Below, piece by piece: positions 23,486 through 33,649 of a stretch of DNA of 64,000 bases. Numbering within the stretch: the first letter of the stretch is position 1; every line of letters starts with the position of its first letter. The stretch lies in the NCBI GenBank assembly GCA_963694535.1, contig CAVODE010000001.1:26134-90133 (forward strand), read 5' to 3'. The stretch comes from Dehalococcoidia bacterium (GTDB lineage Bacteria > Chloroflexota > Dehalococcoidia > UBA2979). Position numbers and translations under genes: made by a program. The notes beneath the pieces were generated by a model that ran no database searches, had not been told where the DNA came from, and was given only the letters and a program-made list of their open reading frames with translations.

Positions 23486-24923
23486 GCCAACTGGATTTTT
23501 GGAATTTCATCGCGAATTGCCTATTAGACGCCCGGTGAACCAGCGTGTGGGTGATTGGCTCGAAGTTTACGAGAAATTTCCTGAGGAAAACTTGCGGGAT
23601 CAAGCTGCGCGTTGCATGGATTGCGGAATTCCATTCTGTCATCAAGGTTGTCCATTAGGGAACATGATTCCCGATTGGAATGACCAAATATACCGAGGAA
23701 AGTGGGAGGATGCGATTGATCGACTCCACGCAACTAATAATTTCCCTGAATTTACTGGGCGACTTTGTCCAGCACCCTGTGAGTCATCATGTGTTTTGGG
23801 AATTAATCAGGATCCCGTGACCATCAAACAGGTGGAAGTTGAGATTATTGAGCGTGCATTTTCTGAAGGTTGGGTTGTTCCAATACCTTCGGAAACTAAA
23901 ACTGGCAAAAAGATTGCAGTTGTCGGATCTGGTCCTGCAGGACTTGCTGCCGCTCAACAACTTGCGAGAGCCGGTCATGAGGTGACTGTTTTTGAGCGAG
24001 CTGATCGCATAGGCGGTCTGCTCAGATATGGCATTCCAGACTTCAAGATGCAAAAGGAATTCATTGATAGGCGTCTTCATCAAATGGAGGCGGAGGGTGT
24101 CATTTTTAAACCTTCTACAAATGTTGGCGTGGATATAAATGGAGACACGCTGAAGGAACAATTTGATGCTGTATGTTTGGCCGGAGGATCTACTATTGCT
24201 CGGGATTTACCCGTTGAAGGGCGTGAACTTGAGGGTGTATACCCAGCAATGACCTATCTTCCCCAGCAGAATAAAAAGAATGCTGGTGATGATTTATCAG
24301 ACATTAACTACATTTCTGCTGAAAATAAAAGAGTAGTCATTCTGGGTGGCGGTGATACTGGAGCTGATTGTCTTGGCACGGCAATTCGCCAAGGCGCGAG
24401 TGAAGTACTTCAGTATGAGTTATTACCCCGCCCGCCGGAGTTACGTGCTGACGGCCAACCTTGGCCGACACATCCTAATATTTATAGGGTGTCTTCGGCC
24501 CATGAAGAGGGTGGCGTTCGTGACTACAGCATCATGACGAAAAGCTTATCTGGTGAGAATGGAATATTAAAGAAACTCCATGCAGTTCGAGTGGAAATGG
24601 TTCCAGGAGATGATGGGCGTATAGTCATGCAGGAAGTTCCGTCATCTGAATTTGAGGTTGATGTCGACCTTTTGTTACTGGCCATGGGATTTGTTGGACC
24701 TGAACAGGATGGATTACTTACGCAGTTGGGTGTTGAGATAACAGATCGAGGCAATGTGGCGGCCGGGGCAAACAAGATGACTAGCGTGGACGGGGTATTC
24801 GTTGCTGGTGACATGACTCGCGGTCAGTCACTGATCGTCTGGGCAATTGCCGAAGGCAGAACAGCAGCAAAGCATGTGGATGAATATCTCATGGGGTCTA
24901 GTGCTTTGCCGGCACCACTCTAG
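23478..24923 (+). CDS. gltD: Glutamate synthase small subunit (NADPH-dependent)
   Basis: [10 protein letters not shown] start, two Cys clusters, FAD/NAD Rossmann motifs ([11 protein letters not shown]). 8-nt overlap with the gltB stop. The ORF track's 23430 start lies inside gltB. Confidence 0.9.
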   Translation: MAKPTGFLEFHRELPIRRPVNQRVGDWLEVYEKFPEENLRDQAARCMDCGIPFCHQGCPLGNMIPDWNDQIYRGKWEDAIDRLHATNNFPEFTGRLCPAPCESSCVLGINQDPVTIKQVEVEIIERAFSEGWVVPIPSETKTGKKIAVVGSGPAGLAAAQQLARAGHEVTVFERADRIGGLLRYGIPDFKMQKEFIDRRLHQMEAEGVIFKPSTNVGVDINGDTLKEQFDAVCLAGGSTIARDLPVEGRELEGVYPAMTYLPQQNKKNAGDDLSDINYISAENKRVVILGGGDTGADCLGTAIRQGASEVLQYELLPRPPELRADGQPWPTHPNIYRVSSAHEEGGVRDYSIMTKSLSGENGILKKLHAVRVEMVPGDDGRIVMQEVPSSEFEVDVDLLLLAMGFVGPEQDGLLTQLGVEITDRGNVAAGANKMTSVDGVFVAGDMTRGQSLIVWAIAEGRTAAKHVDEYLMGSSALPAPL

Positions 24924-25981
24924 TCGGCAGAATAAGATTTGTGGGCGGTTATTATTCCTTCGCCGATTACATTGAGCTTTCCTAGCTTCTTCGAGGCTAT
25001 TTCAAAGAGTTTTTTAGAGCCTTTGTGTAGTTCTGGGTAATCTTTTGCTGTAACCACCGGAATTTTTGTATTTTTGATATTGGTGAACCCGATGTCACTT
25101 AATAAACTGACTAAATTTTCAGTGTTATATCGTTTTACTTCATAGGTAAATAGATCCTTTTTTATCTTTTTGAGATGGTTGAGTATGTTTTCTGTAAATA
25201 CCGCTTCGCTGCCCAGTTCATCGAGTAATGCTTCACCGTACCGCGAGGGCAATCTAGCCGACTCTGTTAAGAGCTTCTGATGAATCTCAGATGCGGTACT
25301 AGACGAATCCAACACTAAGACCGTTCGAATTTCACGATCAGGATTTTGTTGTCTTACCGTGTGAACTAGGAGTGGAACGAGCTGCTGATTGTCTGCTATA
25401 CCTTGGATCAGAGAAATGGTTTCAATGCGTGGAGTGGGAAGATTCCACACTTGGTGAATGAACTTCAGGAAACCACCAGTTTTCAGTACCCGAAATATTT
25501 CCCGAGCAGCTTGTCCGACATTCATTGCTTCCTCTAGAGCGAATGACGCTACAACACCGTCGATTGTGTTTGGCTGGAGAGGAATTGTTTTTATGTCAGC
25601 TGCGAGAAAATCTACGTTGGTCAATCCTGAGGTGGAAAGATTTGTTCGTGAGCGAGCGAGCCTCTGTTCGGATGCTTCTAGTGCTAGTACATAGGATTTT
25701 GGACGGATATGGGCTAGAGGAAGTGATGGCCAACCGTCACCGGTGCCTAGATCAATGATCGTTGATTTTTCACTCAGTGTGATGTTGGCTGCCAGTGACT
25801 CGATTAAGCTTGCCTGTAGTAAATGCTCGGTGCGTTTGTAGTCATAGGGCAGGTCTACGAACGGAATATTTCCACTTCGCCACTTTGGAATTAAGGAATA
25901 ATATTCGGTGGGAATTGAGTTTCTAGGTTCTAGGGAGTTTAGCCAATCACTTAGAGAGGTTTTGATAAAAATTCCTAACAT
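24920..25981 (-). CDS. Class I SAM-dependent methyltransferase-like protein
   Basis: Motif I-like IDLGTGDGW and Rossmann-fold layout. 353 aa. Confidence 0.5.
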   Translation of the reverse strand: MLGIFIKTSLSDWLNSLEPRNSIPTEYYSLIPKWRSGNIPFVDLPYDYKRTEHLLQASLIESLAANITLSEKSTIIDLGTGDGWPSLPLAHIRPKSYVLALEASEQRLARSRTNLSTSGLTNVDFLAADIKTIPLQPNTIDGVVASFALEEAMNVGQAAREIFRVLKTGGFLKFIHQVWNLPTPRIETISLIQGIADNQQLVPLLVHTVRQQNPDREIRTVLVLDSSSTASEIHQKLLTESARLPSRYGEALLDELGSEAVFTENILNHLKKIKKDLFTYEVKRYNTENLVSLLSDIGFTNIKNTKIPVVTAKDYPELHKGSKKLFEIASKKLGKLNVIGEGIITAHKSYSAD

Positions 25982-26032
25982 ATTGAGTTACTGCTATAGC
26001 GCTTAGTTCGAAGATAGCTATTACGAGCTATT

Positions 26033-27931
26033 ATGTGCCTTATGTCTATTTTTAATATTACTTCAACCACTCATTTAACTCGTGACGGTATCAAGCTTGC
26101 GACTGATATTTATCGCCCAGCTAATGATGAGGGAACTCCTCTACCCGGTAAGTTTCCTATTGTATTGCTTCGCACTCCTTACGATAGAAAAAACGTACGA
26201 TATCGAGCAGCCGGGGCCTATTGGGCGTTAAATGGCTATGTTTTTGCGATTCAAGATTGCCGCGGGCGATTTGATTCGGAAGGAGAGTTTGTCCTGTTAG
26301 CGAATGAAGGGCCTGATGGACACGATGCTATTGATTGGCTTGCAGATCAATCTTATTCGAATGGAAAAATCGGCACCTACGGAACTTCTTACTCAGCTTG
26401 GGTTCAGAACGCGGCGGCTTTGGAACGACCTGAGGCTCTTTCAGCAATGTGGGTTACGCAGGGCGCATCGAATGGAGCCACTAGCTCACTCAGGCACAAT
26501 GGTGTGATGGAACTACGCTGGCTTACCTGGGCCGTGACCCATGGGGCTGTTTCTCCTGAGGCTCTTCGTGACTCCGCATTACAGGATGAGTTATACCAAA
26601 ATGGTATAAATATGTACGATTGGTTGAAAAAACTACCATGGGGAATTGGATCAGATGAGACGCCACTGTCAGGACTTCCTACGTATGATGAGTGGGCGAA
26701 AGATTTATATACTCATGGCGATTACGACTTTGATGCAGGTGGTTATTGGGCTCAAAAAGGTTTGAATTTTGAACCTTATTATGACATCTCCCTCGATATA
26801 CCAACAATGTATTGCGGTGGATGGTACGACTCGTACACTCGAGCAACGATAGAGAATTTTGTCGCTTTATCTCAAATAAAACAGCATCAATATCTCCTAA
26901 TGGGGCCGTGGACGCATGGTGATGGGAATATTGACTCTCAAATTGCAGGATCTGTGGATTTGGGCGATCTAGCTAGACCAGCGGTAGGGCTTGGCAACTC
27001 CTACCTTGAAGAGGTCAAGAATTGGTTTGATTATTGGCTGCCTGATGAATCAAGTAAGTCAATTGATGATTTGGCGAGGGTTCGATACTTTGTCATGGGT
27101 TCCGGGTCGGGGCAGAAAACTAATACAGGACGAATATTACATGGTGGTGCATGGAAGATAAGTGAAACTTGGCCACCAGTTGAGGCGGCAACTCAGAATC
27201 TCTATCTGCACCCAGATCAGTTACTAGATAGTTTGAGCCCCGATATCGAAGAGAGCTGGTCTAAGCTGCGTTACGATCCTTCCAACCCACTACCAACAAT
27301 TTCCGCCAATACGTCTTCGCTTAATGAAATAATGGCTCCTCCTTTGAGAACTCCAGTGGCTAGTCCTATCACGCTCATGCGAATACAAGTTATTCAAGGT
27401 GGATCCGATCAAGTCACGGATTCTCAGACGTTAGGCGCGACCGAACCTTATGGACCGCTTGAGAATCGCGAAGATGTACTGATGTTTGAGACGACTCCAC
27501 TCGATAATGACATAGAGATAACAGGTCCTATCGAGGCTCGATTTTTTATCGAATCAGATGCGTTGGACACTGATTTATTCGTAATGATTCAAGACGAGTA
27601 CCCACAGTCCATCGATTGGCCGGACGGCTACAAGCTGAACATTTCAGATGGAATTTTCCGTGTACGTTACCGTGAAGGGCTAGCAAACCCGCGGTTACTG
27701 GACGAATCCGGACCTGTTGAAGTTCAATTCTCTCTCTACCCCACAAGTAATGTCGTCAAACGAGGTCATAAACTACGGGTGCTAGTGTCCAGCTCATCAT
27801 TTCCCAGATTTGACCCCAATCCAAATACTGGAGAGGAAATTGGCAGGCATACTCGAACTCAAATTGCTAACAATACAATTCACCACTCGGCGAACTATCC
27901 TTCGCACGTGGTGCTATCTGTTGTTGAATAA
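26033..27931 (+). CDS. CocE/NonD family hydrolase (S15 X-Pro dipeptidyl-peptidase-like)
   Basis: 632 aa. Alpha/beta hydrolase nucleophile elbow GTSYS, C-terminal jelly-roll domain typical of the family. Confidence 0.75.
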   Translation: MCLMSIFNITSTTHLTRDGIKLATDIYRPANDEGTPLPGKFPIVLLRTPYDRKNVRYRAAGAYWALNGYVFAIQDCRGRFDSEGEFVLLANEGPDGHDAIDWLADQSYSNGKIGTYGTSYSAWVQNAAALERPEALSAMWVTQGASNGATSSLRHNGVMELRWLTWAVTHGAVSPEALRDSALQDELYQNGINMYDWLKKLPWGIGSDETPLSGLPTYDEWAKDLYTHGDYDFDAGGYWAQKGLNFEPYYDISLDIPTMYCGGWYDSYTRATIENFVALSQIKQHQYLLMGPWTHGDGNIDSQIAGSVDLGDLARPAVGLGNSYLEEVKNWFDYWLPDESSKSIDDLARVRYFVMGSGSGQKTNTGRILHGGAWKISETWPPVEAATQNLYLHPDQLLDSLSPDIEESWSKLRYDPSNPLPTISANTSSLNEIMAPPLRTPVASPITLMRIQVIQGGSDQVTDSQTLGATEPYGPLENREDVLMFETTPLDNDIEITGPIEARFFIESDALDTDLFVMIQDEYPQSIDWPDGYKLNISDGIFRVRYREGLANPRLLDESGPVEVQFSLYPTSNVVKRGHKLRVLVSSSSFPRFDPNPNTGEEIGRHTRTQIANNTIHHSANYPSHVVLSVVE

Positions 27932-27959
27932 CTCGGCAAGAGACCTGCCACGCTATCTA

Positions 27960-28262
27960 TTATCTTTCTACGTCAGTTATTTGTGTAACTCTGCTGATTT
28001 CGGGTCTTCCACCAGAGATTCCCTTTAAAGTTTGCCCAAATGCCTTCATATGGTCTGTTTGACCATGAGCTTTGAGCGCTTCATCGTTGGCGTACACCTC
28101 ATGCAGGAGAAATGTTCCTGGCGAGCCATCGACTTCATGAAGCGCGTACTTCATTACGTCGGGTTCATTTTCGCTCACTGCTGCAACCATTGTTTCGATT
28201 GCGGAACGAAATTCATCCTCTTTTCCTTCAGCCGCCTGTAATTTAGCGAAAATTGTAATCAT
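27960..28262 (-). CDS. Antibiotic biosynthesis monooxygenase (ABM) domain protein
   Basis: 100-aa ferredoxin-like ABM pattern. Confidence 0.55.
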   Translation of the reverse strand: MITIFAKLQAAEGKEDEFRSAIETMVAAVSENEPDVMKYALHEVDGSPGTFLLHEVYANDEALKAHGQTDHMKAFGQTLKGISGGRPEISRVTQITDVER

Positions 28263-28329
28263 GGATATCTCCTCATTTCTGTATTTAGGTCAGATAGCAG
28301 TGTACTGGGAATAGGCTTACTGATGTAGG

Positions 28330-28890
28330 TTAGATGAGTTCTCTAATTTCGTTTATGACGAGTGGCATATCGTTTTCCAAGAACTTCAGCCAGGCGTCGT
28401 GGCTTTGATTCCCTCCCTGGTCAGAAACAACCTTATACGCTCTGAATGGAACATCGTATTTTTTACAGGCCGTTGCTATAGCGAACGCTTCCATTTCGAT
28501 GCAGTCGACGGTGCTTGGAATCTCTGTTTCGAACTTGTCTTGGCTGCCGCACAAAACTGGAGTTGCTACAAGATCCCCGAATTCAATAATAGGCGCTTTG
28601 TTTGAAAATGGCGTGGTGCCAAGCTCCAAACCAGCCGCAGTAGCATCCATATCCATTTGTTTGAATTGTGTGCATGTAAGAACTGTTCCATGAGGGTGCA
28701 CAGAAGATCCGCATGTGCCAATGTTGATAATTTCTAGATCAGAGTGAAATTCGAGGATTACTTCGGTCGCTGTGATTGCCGCGTTTATTTTCCCCACGCC
28801 CGTGTAGCGTAGATGAATCTCTGGAGGAAGATCTTTCTTTGATACTTCTTTTTCGAGCGCTACGAGTACGACTAAATTATTCTTATGCAT
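28330..28890 (-). CDS. PNP/UDP-1 fold nucleosidase (MTA/SAH nucleosidase or futalosine hydrolase-like)
   Basis: 186 aa. N-terminal VLVALEKE...GVGKINAA pattern of the MtnN/MqnB family. Confidence 0.6.
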   Translation of the reverse strand: MHKNNLVVLVALEKEVSKKDLPPEIHLRYTGVGKINAAITATEVILEFHSDLEIINIGTCGSSVHPHGTVLTCTQFKQMDMDATAAGLELGTTPFSNKAPIIEFGDLVATPVLCGSQDKFETEIPSTVDCIEMEAFAIATACKKYDVPFRAYKVVSDQGGNQSHDAWLKFLENDMPLVINEIRELI

Positions 28891-29773
28891 CCAATTCTTT
28901 TCTTTCTAGCTGAAGTATTCGGATAAGCTCGAGCGCCAGTTCTTCTCTAGCAGGGGGGCTAGTTGAATCTTTGAATACTGCGAGATTACGATAAATATCA
29001 GCCGCTGCTCGGTGAAATCCGTCAGGCAGATGTGCTTGCTCAAATGTGTCTGCTATTTCTTCCATTTCCCCAGAAAAGCGCCAGGCCTTTGATACAGAAC
29101 TACTAAGTGAGTCCACTTTTTGGCGGAGTGCAGGCTGTGATTTATCCCACTCTTCAAATAACTGAGTTAATACCCCATGTTGTTGTGCCAATGTTATAAG
29201 TCCGATGAGCAGTGCATTTGTTCCTTTTGTCCATCCGGCATATGCCATCTTCAACGTTGAAGCGGACATCAGATTATTACCTGAAAGAGGTATTACCTCT
29301 AGCGGGCCACCGTTCAGTTTCCCTGCAGCAAAAATTGCCTCATCACCGGATAAATAGAGTCGCGTGGACCCAGATGTTTCAGCTGGTGGACCAATTATTC
29401 CTCCGTCAATATAAGTGGCACCGGAGGACTTGATCTCATCGGCCACTTGCTGTGCTGTGTTTGGAGATATTGCGTTTGCGTCGATATAAATTCCCCTGAA
29501 ACCGAGAGATGAAACATCGAAAGCTACATCTTTAGCAGCATGCGGCGGTACCACTGAGATGATAAGTTTGCTTCTATTTACAAGCCCATTAAGCCAGCCA
29601 GTGTCTTCGAAGCTGTCTAAGCTTTTGGCGCGGTTTTTAGATTCTATGCTTCGATCATCAGAGGCCCAAAGAACCTCATTACCAGCTTGTATGAATGAAG
29701 CCGCGACAGATATACCCATCATTCCAGGGTGAAGTATCCCCACCGTATATTTATTCGATTCAACATCAAACAT
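28883..29773 (-). CDS. NAD(P)-binding oxidoreductase (6-phosphogluconate-dehydrogenase-like N-terminus plus DUF1932-like C-terminus)
   Basis: Rossmann GxxGxxG-like VGILHPGMMG. 296 aa. Confidence 0.5.
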   Translation of the reverse strand: MFDVESNKYTVGILHPGMMGISVAASFIQAGNEVLWASDDRSIESKNRAKSLDSFEDTGWLNGLVNRSKLIISVVPPHAAKDVAFDVSSLGFRGIYIDANAISPNTAQQVADEIKSSGATYIDGGIIGPPAETSGSTRLYLSGDEAIFAAGKLNGGPLEVIPLSGNNLMSASTLKMAYAGWTKGTNALLIGLITLAQQHGVLTQLFEEWDKSQPALRQKVDSLSSSVSKAWRFSGEMEEIADTFEQAHLPDGFHRAAADIYRNLAVFKDSTSPPAREELALELIRILQLERKELDA

Positions 29774-29782
29774 GACAAACTC

Positions 29783-31417
29783 CTACCAAGTAATTGCGGC
29801 TCCGTCACCTCGTCCATCTGAGCCGCCCCATAAAACACCAGTCTCTCGATCTCGGATAATTATTTGCCCACGGCCAAATAATCCTAATCTTGACGCGCCG
29901 GTTGATCTTTCAACTTTATGCCCCCGCCTCGTAAGCTCACTCAGGGTATGGTCAGGGATTCCATCCTCTATCGATACAACACCCCACGGAGGATCTCGGT
30001 AAATTGAAAAGCGTGGTTCATCTAATGCGGCTTGTGGATTCATGTCAAAATCAATCAAGTTCACCATTGTCTGTACGTGACCCTGTGGTTGATGGTAACC
30101 ACCCATTACTCCGATGCTGGCAAAAAGTTCATCAGTATCAGCATGGGTAATAAGGGCTGGAATGATGGTGTGATAGGGGCGTTTAGACGGTTCTAGCCTG
30201 TTAGGGTGGGTCTCATCAAGGCTGAATCCGGATCCACGGTTCTGTAAGGTGAACCCACACCCTTTGGGAATAATCCCAGTTCCGAATCCACTATAGTTAC
30301 TATTGATAAATGAGCAGGCGTTTCCGTCTCCATCCACAACACTCAGGTATACGGTATCTGATGTTTTCTCTGGGCCTTCATTAGGCGCGATTGAATATGA
30401 AGAGTCCAACATAGATTTTAAGTCGGAAGCATGCTCAGCGGAGAGTAACGTATCCACCGGAACATCTACGAAAGATGGGTCAGCCACATGCTCCAATCCA
30501 TCACGAAATGCCAATCGCACGGTATCTATAAGTAAATGCAGAAGATTGGGATCTCTTCGCTCCATTTTGCTAATCTCGAACTGTTCTAGAACATTTAGGG
30601 CGATTAGAGCCACTATTCCTTGGCCATTAGGTGGATGTTCCCATACTCGGTAATCTCTGTATTGAGTTGATATAGGCTTATCAAAGGTTGATACGTGATT
30701 TGCTAAGTCGCTGGATGTAATATGTCCACCGAGGTCTTTTATGATTTCAACGATCGCTTTGCCGGAAGCCCCTTGGTAAAAGGCCTCTGGTCCACCTTCA
30801 GCGAGTTCTCTAAATACTCGAGCCAAGTTCGGATTTTTCCAGATTTCGCCTGCTTTTGGAGCTGAATTATTAAGAAGTAACTCAGCGCTATTGGGGCTTG
30901 CTGATTTTAGAAGATCAATACTGTCGTTCCAAAATTTTGATATGACGGGAGTTATCGGAATTCCTTCTTCAGCCAACCTAATTGCTGGGTCTAGTGCATC
31001 GGTGAGTTTCATCTGGCCAAATCGCTCCAATGTATCAAACCAACCCATTGCTGCACCAGGGACGGTGACCGCGTGTACCGAGGTGGAAAAATCATGGTCC
31101 TGGAATGAATTAATGCCTAGGTCTCTCATGGATTTGATTGATTGATTTGCACCGCTACGGCCGCTGCCATTGAGAGCATAAACTTCTCGTTGTTTTGCAT
31201 CGTAGTAGAGTGCAAAACAATCGCCACCAATGCCAGTCGACGTAGGTTCAACCACGTTTAGAGCGGCTGCTGTGGAAATCGCCGCATCCGCTGCATTTCC
31301 ACCTTTTTCGAGAATATCTAAGCCCGCTTTCGCGGCTAATGGATGACTTGTTGCCACCATTCCATGCAGCCCAAGCACAGGAGATCTTCGAGATTCAAAT
31401 GTCCAATGTTCATCCAT
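29783..31417 (-). CDS. ggt: Gamma-glutamyltranspeptidase
   Basis: 544 aa. GGT family blocks (TSHPLAAKAGLDIL..GGNAADAA; C-terminal small-subunit region). Confidence 0.8.
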   Translation of the reverse strand: MDEHWTFESRRSPVLGLHGMVATSHPLAAKAGLDILEKGGNAADAAISTAAALNVVEPTSTGIGGDCFALYYDAKQREVYALNGSGRSGANQSIKSMRDLGINSFQDHDFSTSVHAVTVPGAAMGWFDTLERFGQMKLTDALDPAIRLAEEGIPITPVISKFWNDSIDLLKSASPNSAELLLNNSAPKAGEIWKNPNLARVFRELAEGGPEAFYQGASGKAIVEIIKDLGGHITSSDLANHVSTFDKPISTQYRDYRVWEHPPNGQGIVALIALNVLEQFEISKMERRDPNLLHLLIDTVRLAFRDGLEHVADPSFVDVPVDTLLSAEHASDLKSMLDSSYSIAPNEGPEKTSDTVYLSVVDGDGNACSFINSNYSGFGTGIIPKGCGFTLQNRGSGFSLDETHPNRLEPSKRPYHTIIPALITHADTDELFASIGVMGGYHQPQGHVQTMVNLIDFDMNPQAALDEPRFSIYRDPPWGVVSIEDGIPDHTLSELTRRGHKVERSTGASRLGLFGRGQIIIRDRETGVLWGGSDGRGDGAAITW

Positions 31418-31671
31418 TAATTTTCTCCATTAGGCTGATATCCTTTTGTAGAGGATAGGTTAATGCAAAAAACTGATGAACCGTGCTGGTTGAATATCGA
31501 CCCAGGTGGTTCAGTGCTTCACCTTGAATCATGTCCGTTTGTTCAGGAGTATACAGGTGCAGAGAAGACAGCTGGAGCTTGGGTGTACTTTGCAAACCAG
31601 GAGGCAGCTGGTGCCGTTTATCCGGCATTAGATATCTGCGCAAATTGTTTTCTCCCTGAAAGATGCTCTTC

Positions 31672-32211
31672 TTATGATTCTGAATTAATCGCATGATCAA
31701 TTAATTGCCGTAACTGTTTTTCACTGATTGTACCGGCATGCCTATCAAGGACCGTAGCTCCATCAGATGACACTGTCGATATTCTTGGGAATCCAAGAAT
31801 TCCAAGTCGTTTGGCGAGCGTATTGTCTTCCTTATTCGCAATATCAAGTATGACGAAATTCATTAAGGTTTGTGTTTCAAATCGTAAACCGTTCACGACG
31901 GCCCGTACGCTTTTGCAGCTGGGTCAGCCAACAGCAGAATTAAATACCAGTGTGGGTAGACCATTTTGTGGGATGTACGCTCCCGTTCGGTCGATTTCCG
32001 TGTCAGACATGGTGAAAGTTTTTGTAACTAGCACTGCTTCGGTTGTTGTAGTTACAACACCTTGTGTAGTCCCAACTTTCGGTGTTAGCGATTCGGAATT
32101 CTTCGTTGATTTTTCTATCGAACCTTCTTCGGTTTGACAGGATAGTGACAGGATTATCAATGTAAAAAGGACTACGGCAGATCGAGCGAAATGTATTTTT
32201 CTCTGATTCAC
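31672..32211 (-). CDS. Secreted (signal peptide, possibly lipoprotein) thioredoxin-fold SELENOPROTEIN. In-frame TGA at 31924..31926 is read as Sec in active site G-U-P-S-C-K. The ORF track splits it into 31924..32211 and 31672..31896.
   Basis: The two track ORFs are in the same frame, separated by a single TGA plus 9 sense codons. The joined translation ...LPTLVFNSAVG-U-PSCKSVRAVVNGLRF...FVILDIANKEDNTLAKRLGILGFPRISTVSSDGATVLDRHAGTISEKQLRQLIDHAINSES aligns to the thioredoxin fold (LVDFWAEW-CGPC-K ... GIRGIPTLLLFKNG...). The TGA occupies exactly the N-terminal active-site Cys position. The downstream piece has only a GTG start and no RBS of its own. Confidence 0.7.
31886..31904 (-). promoter_or_regulatory. 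Candidate SECIS hairpin downstream of the Sec-TGA of the thioredoxin-like selenoprotein
   Basis: mRNA GGGCCGU[CGUGA]ACGGUUU: a 7-bp stem (4 Watson-Crick, 3 G-U) with a 5-nt loop, starting 22 nt after the UGA. Found by eye; the fold was not computed. Confidence 0.3.
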
Positions 32212-32247
32212 TTTTTACCTCTCATGCTTGAAATTTTACTAATGGGT

Positions 32248-33558
32248 TTACCCACAAATCCCTCGGACTGTTGCATGCATTATTTGCATTCCTAAATGTA
32301 AATTATCAATTGACAAGCGCTCATCATGTCCGTGAACTCGTCCTGCCTCACTGGGACCACTCAGGAATGGACTGAATCCATATGCAGTCATTCCCTTGCG
32401 CCTAAACACTCGCGAATCAGTGAACCCAGTTGAGACACCAGGCAGGATTAAGGCATCTTCAACTAAGTTACGAGCCTCTCGTGCCATCACATCCCAAAGT
32501 TCTGTATTCGCCGGAGAAGCTGGAGTTGATGATTGAAATACCCGTTCAATTTTGATGCGATCATCGTTAATTACGTCGACCATGTCACCGACGAATTTAT
32601 CAGGGTCATATCCTGGTACGAGTCGGCAATCAAGAGTGGCTTCAGCATCTGAGGGGATAACATTGTGTTTGACTCCCGAGCGGAGAGTTGTCAATGCGAT
32701 AGAATTTTTTTGCATCGAGTCTATTCTTGGGTTATCTGCTGCCAAAGCCTTGAGAACTTCATCAGTAGGTTTGTCTTTCAAAATGCCTGCTTCATAAATA
32801 GCTTCGAAGTAATTTCTAACTTCGGGAGTTATATCAAATGGTCGCTCCCAATCTAGAATTTTGTTTACCGCACGAATCAAGTGGTCTGCTGCATTGTCGC
32901 TATGCGGTACAGATCCATGGCCTGGAGTGCCCTCAACTGTCAATTTTAACCAGAGAGGGCCCTTCTCTGAGACACCTATATTGAAAGCATCACGCTCGAT
33001 GCCTAGTACTTCTGTACTGCCGCTCCCACCTTCATTTATTACATATTCACAATCAAGAAGCTCAGGGTGTTCGCGGTCAAGAAACTCGACGCCATAGGCT
33101 GAGCCTGCTTCCTCATCGGCAACTGCCATGAAAACCAAGTCACGCTTGAGCGGTAAATTAAGTCGCTTATGTAAAAGAAATGTAACGAGTTCGACGATGC
33201 CAGTGCCTTTCATATCTTGAGCACCACGGCCCCAGATATAGCCATCATGGACTTCACCACCGAGTGGGTCGACTGTCCAGTTTTCTATTTCAAAAGGAAC
33301 GACGTCAGTGTGGTTAAGTAGAATTAGAGATTTCCCTCGGCTTCCATCTCCTTTGAGTGTGGCTACTAGCGTGGATCGATTGTCACCGGGATCGTAAAGC
33401 TGGTAAGGAATTCCTTCAGCGTCAAGAATTTTTCCTATGAAATCGCAGGCAATGGTTTCGTTACCTGGAGGATTCACCGTATTGACGCGTATATATGACG
33501 AAAGCCATTCAGTTGCTTGTTCGGTCCACTCGTTCCAGTTTATCTCGGTGTCTGTCAT
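32248..33558 (-). CDS. M20 family metallopeptidase (ArgE/DapE/CPG2-like)
   Basis: 436 aa. M20 blocks HTDVVP, ADEEAGS, EGGSGS, and the dimerisation domain. Confidence 0.8.
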   Translation of the reverse strand: MTDTEINWNEWTEQATEWLSSYIRVNTVNPPGNETIACDFIGKILDAEGIPYQLYDPGDNRSTLVATLKGDGSRGKSLILLNHTDVVPFEIENWTVDPLGGEVHDGYIWGRGAQDMKGTGIVELVTFLLHKRLNLPLKRDLVFMAVADEEAGSAYGVEFLDREHPELLDCEYVINEGGSGSTEVLGIERDAFNIGVSEKGPLWLKLTVEGTPGHGSVPHSDNAADHLIRAVNKILDWERPFDITPEVRNYFEAIYEAGILKDKPTDEVLKALAADNPRIDSMQKNSIALTTLRSGVKHNVIPSDAEATLDCRLVPGYDPDKFVGDMVDVINDDRIKIERVFQSSTPASPANTELWDVMAREARNLVEDALILPGVSTGFTDSRVFRRKGMTAYGFSPFLSGPSEAGRVHGHDERLSIDNLHLGMQIMHATVRGICG

Positions 33559-33649
33559 TTCATGGCCTCACTTATCCTGTTCTGACTACAATTTAACGTT
33601 CAGTTTTTTTGATTTTCGCTCTCTATAGTAGTATCACGCGCTAGTAGTG

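Noticed and set aside
31924-31926. Possibility that the two split genes (Trx-like and UGSC) are pseudogenes or sequencing errors rather than selenoproteins
   Set aside because: In both cases the interrupting codon is specifically TGA, falls exactly on a redox-motif Cys position (UxxC), the frames are otherwise intact, and a hairpin follows. A random nonsense mutation would not be expected to do this twice. Still testable by finding the sel genes.
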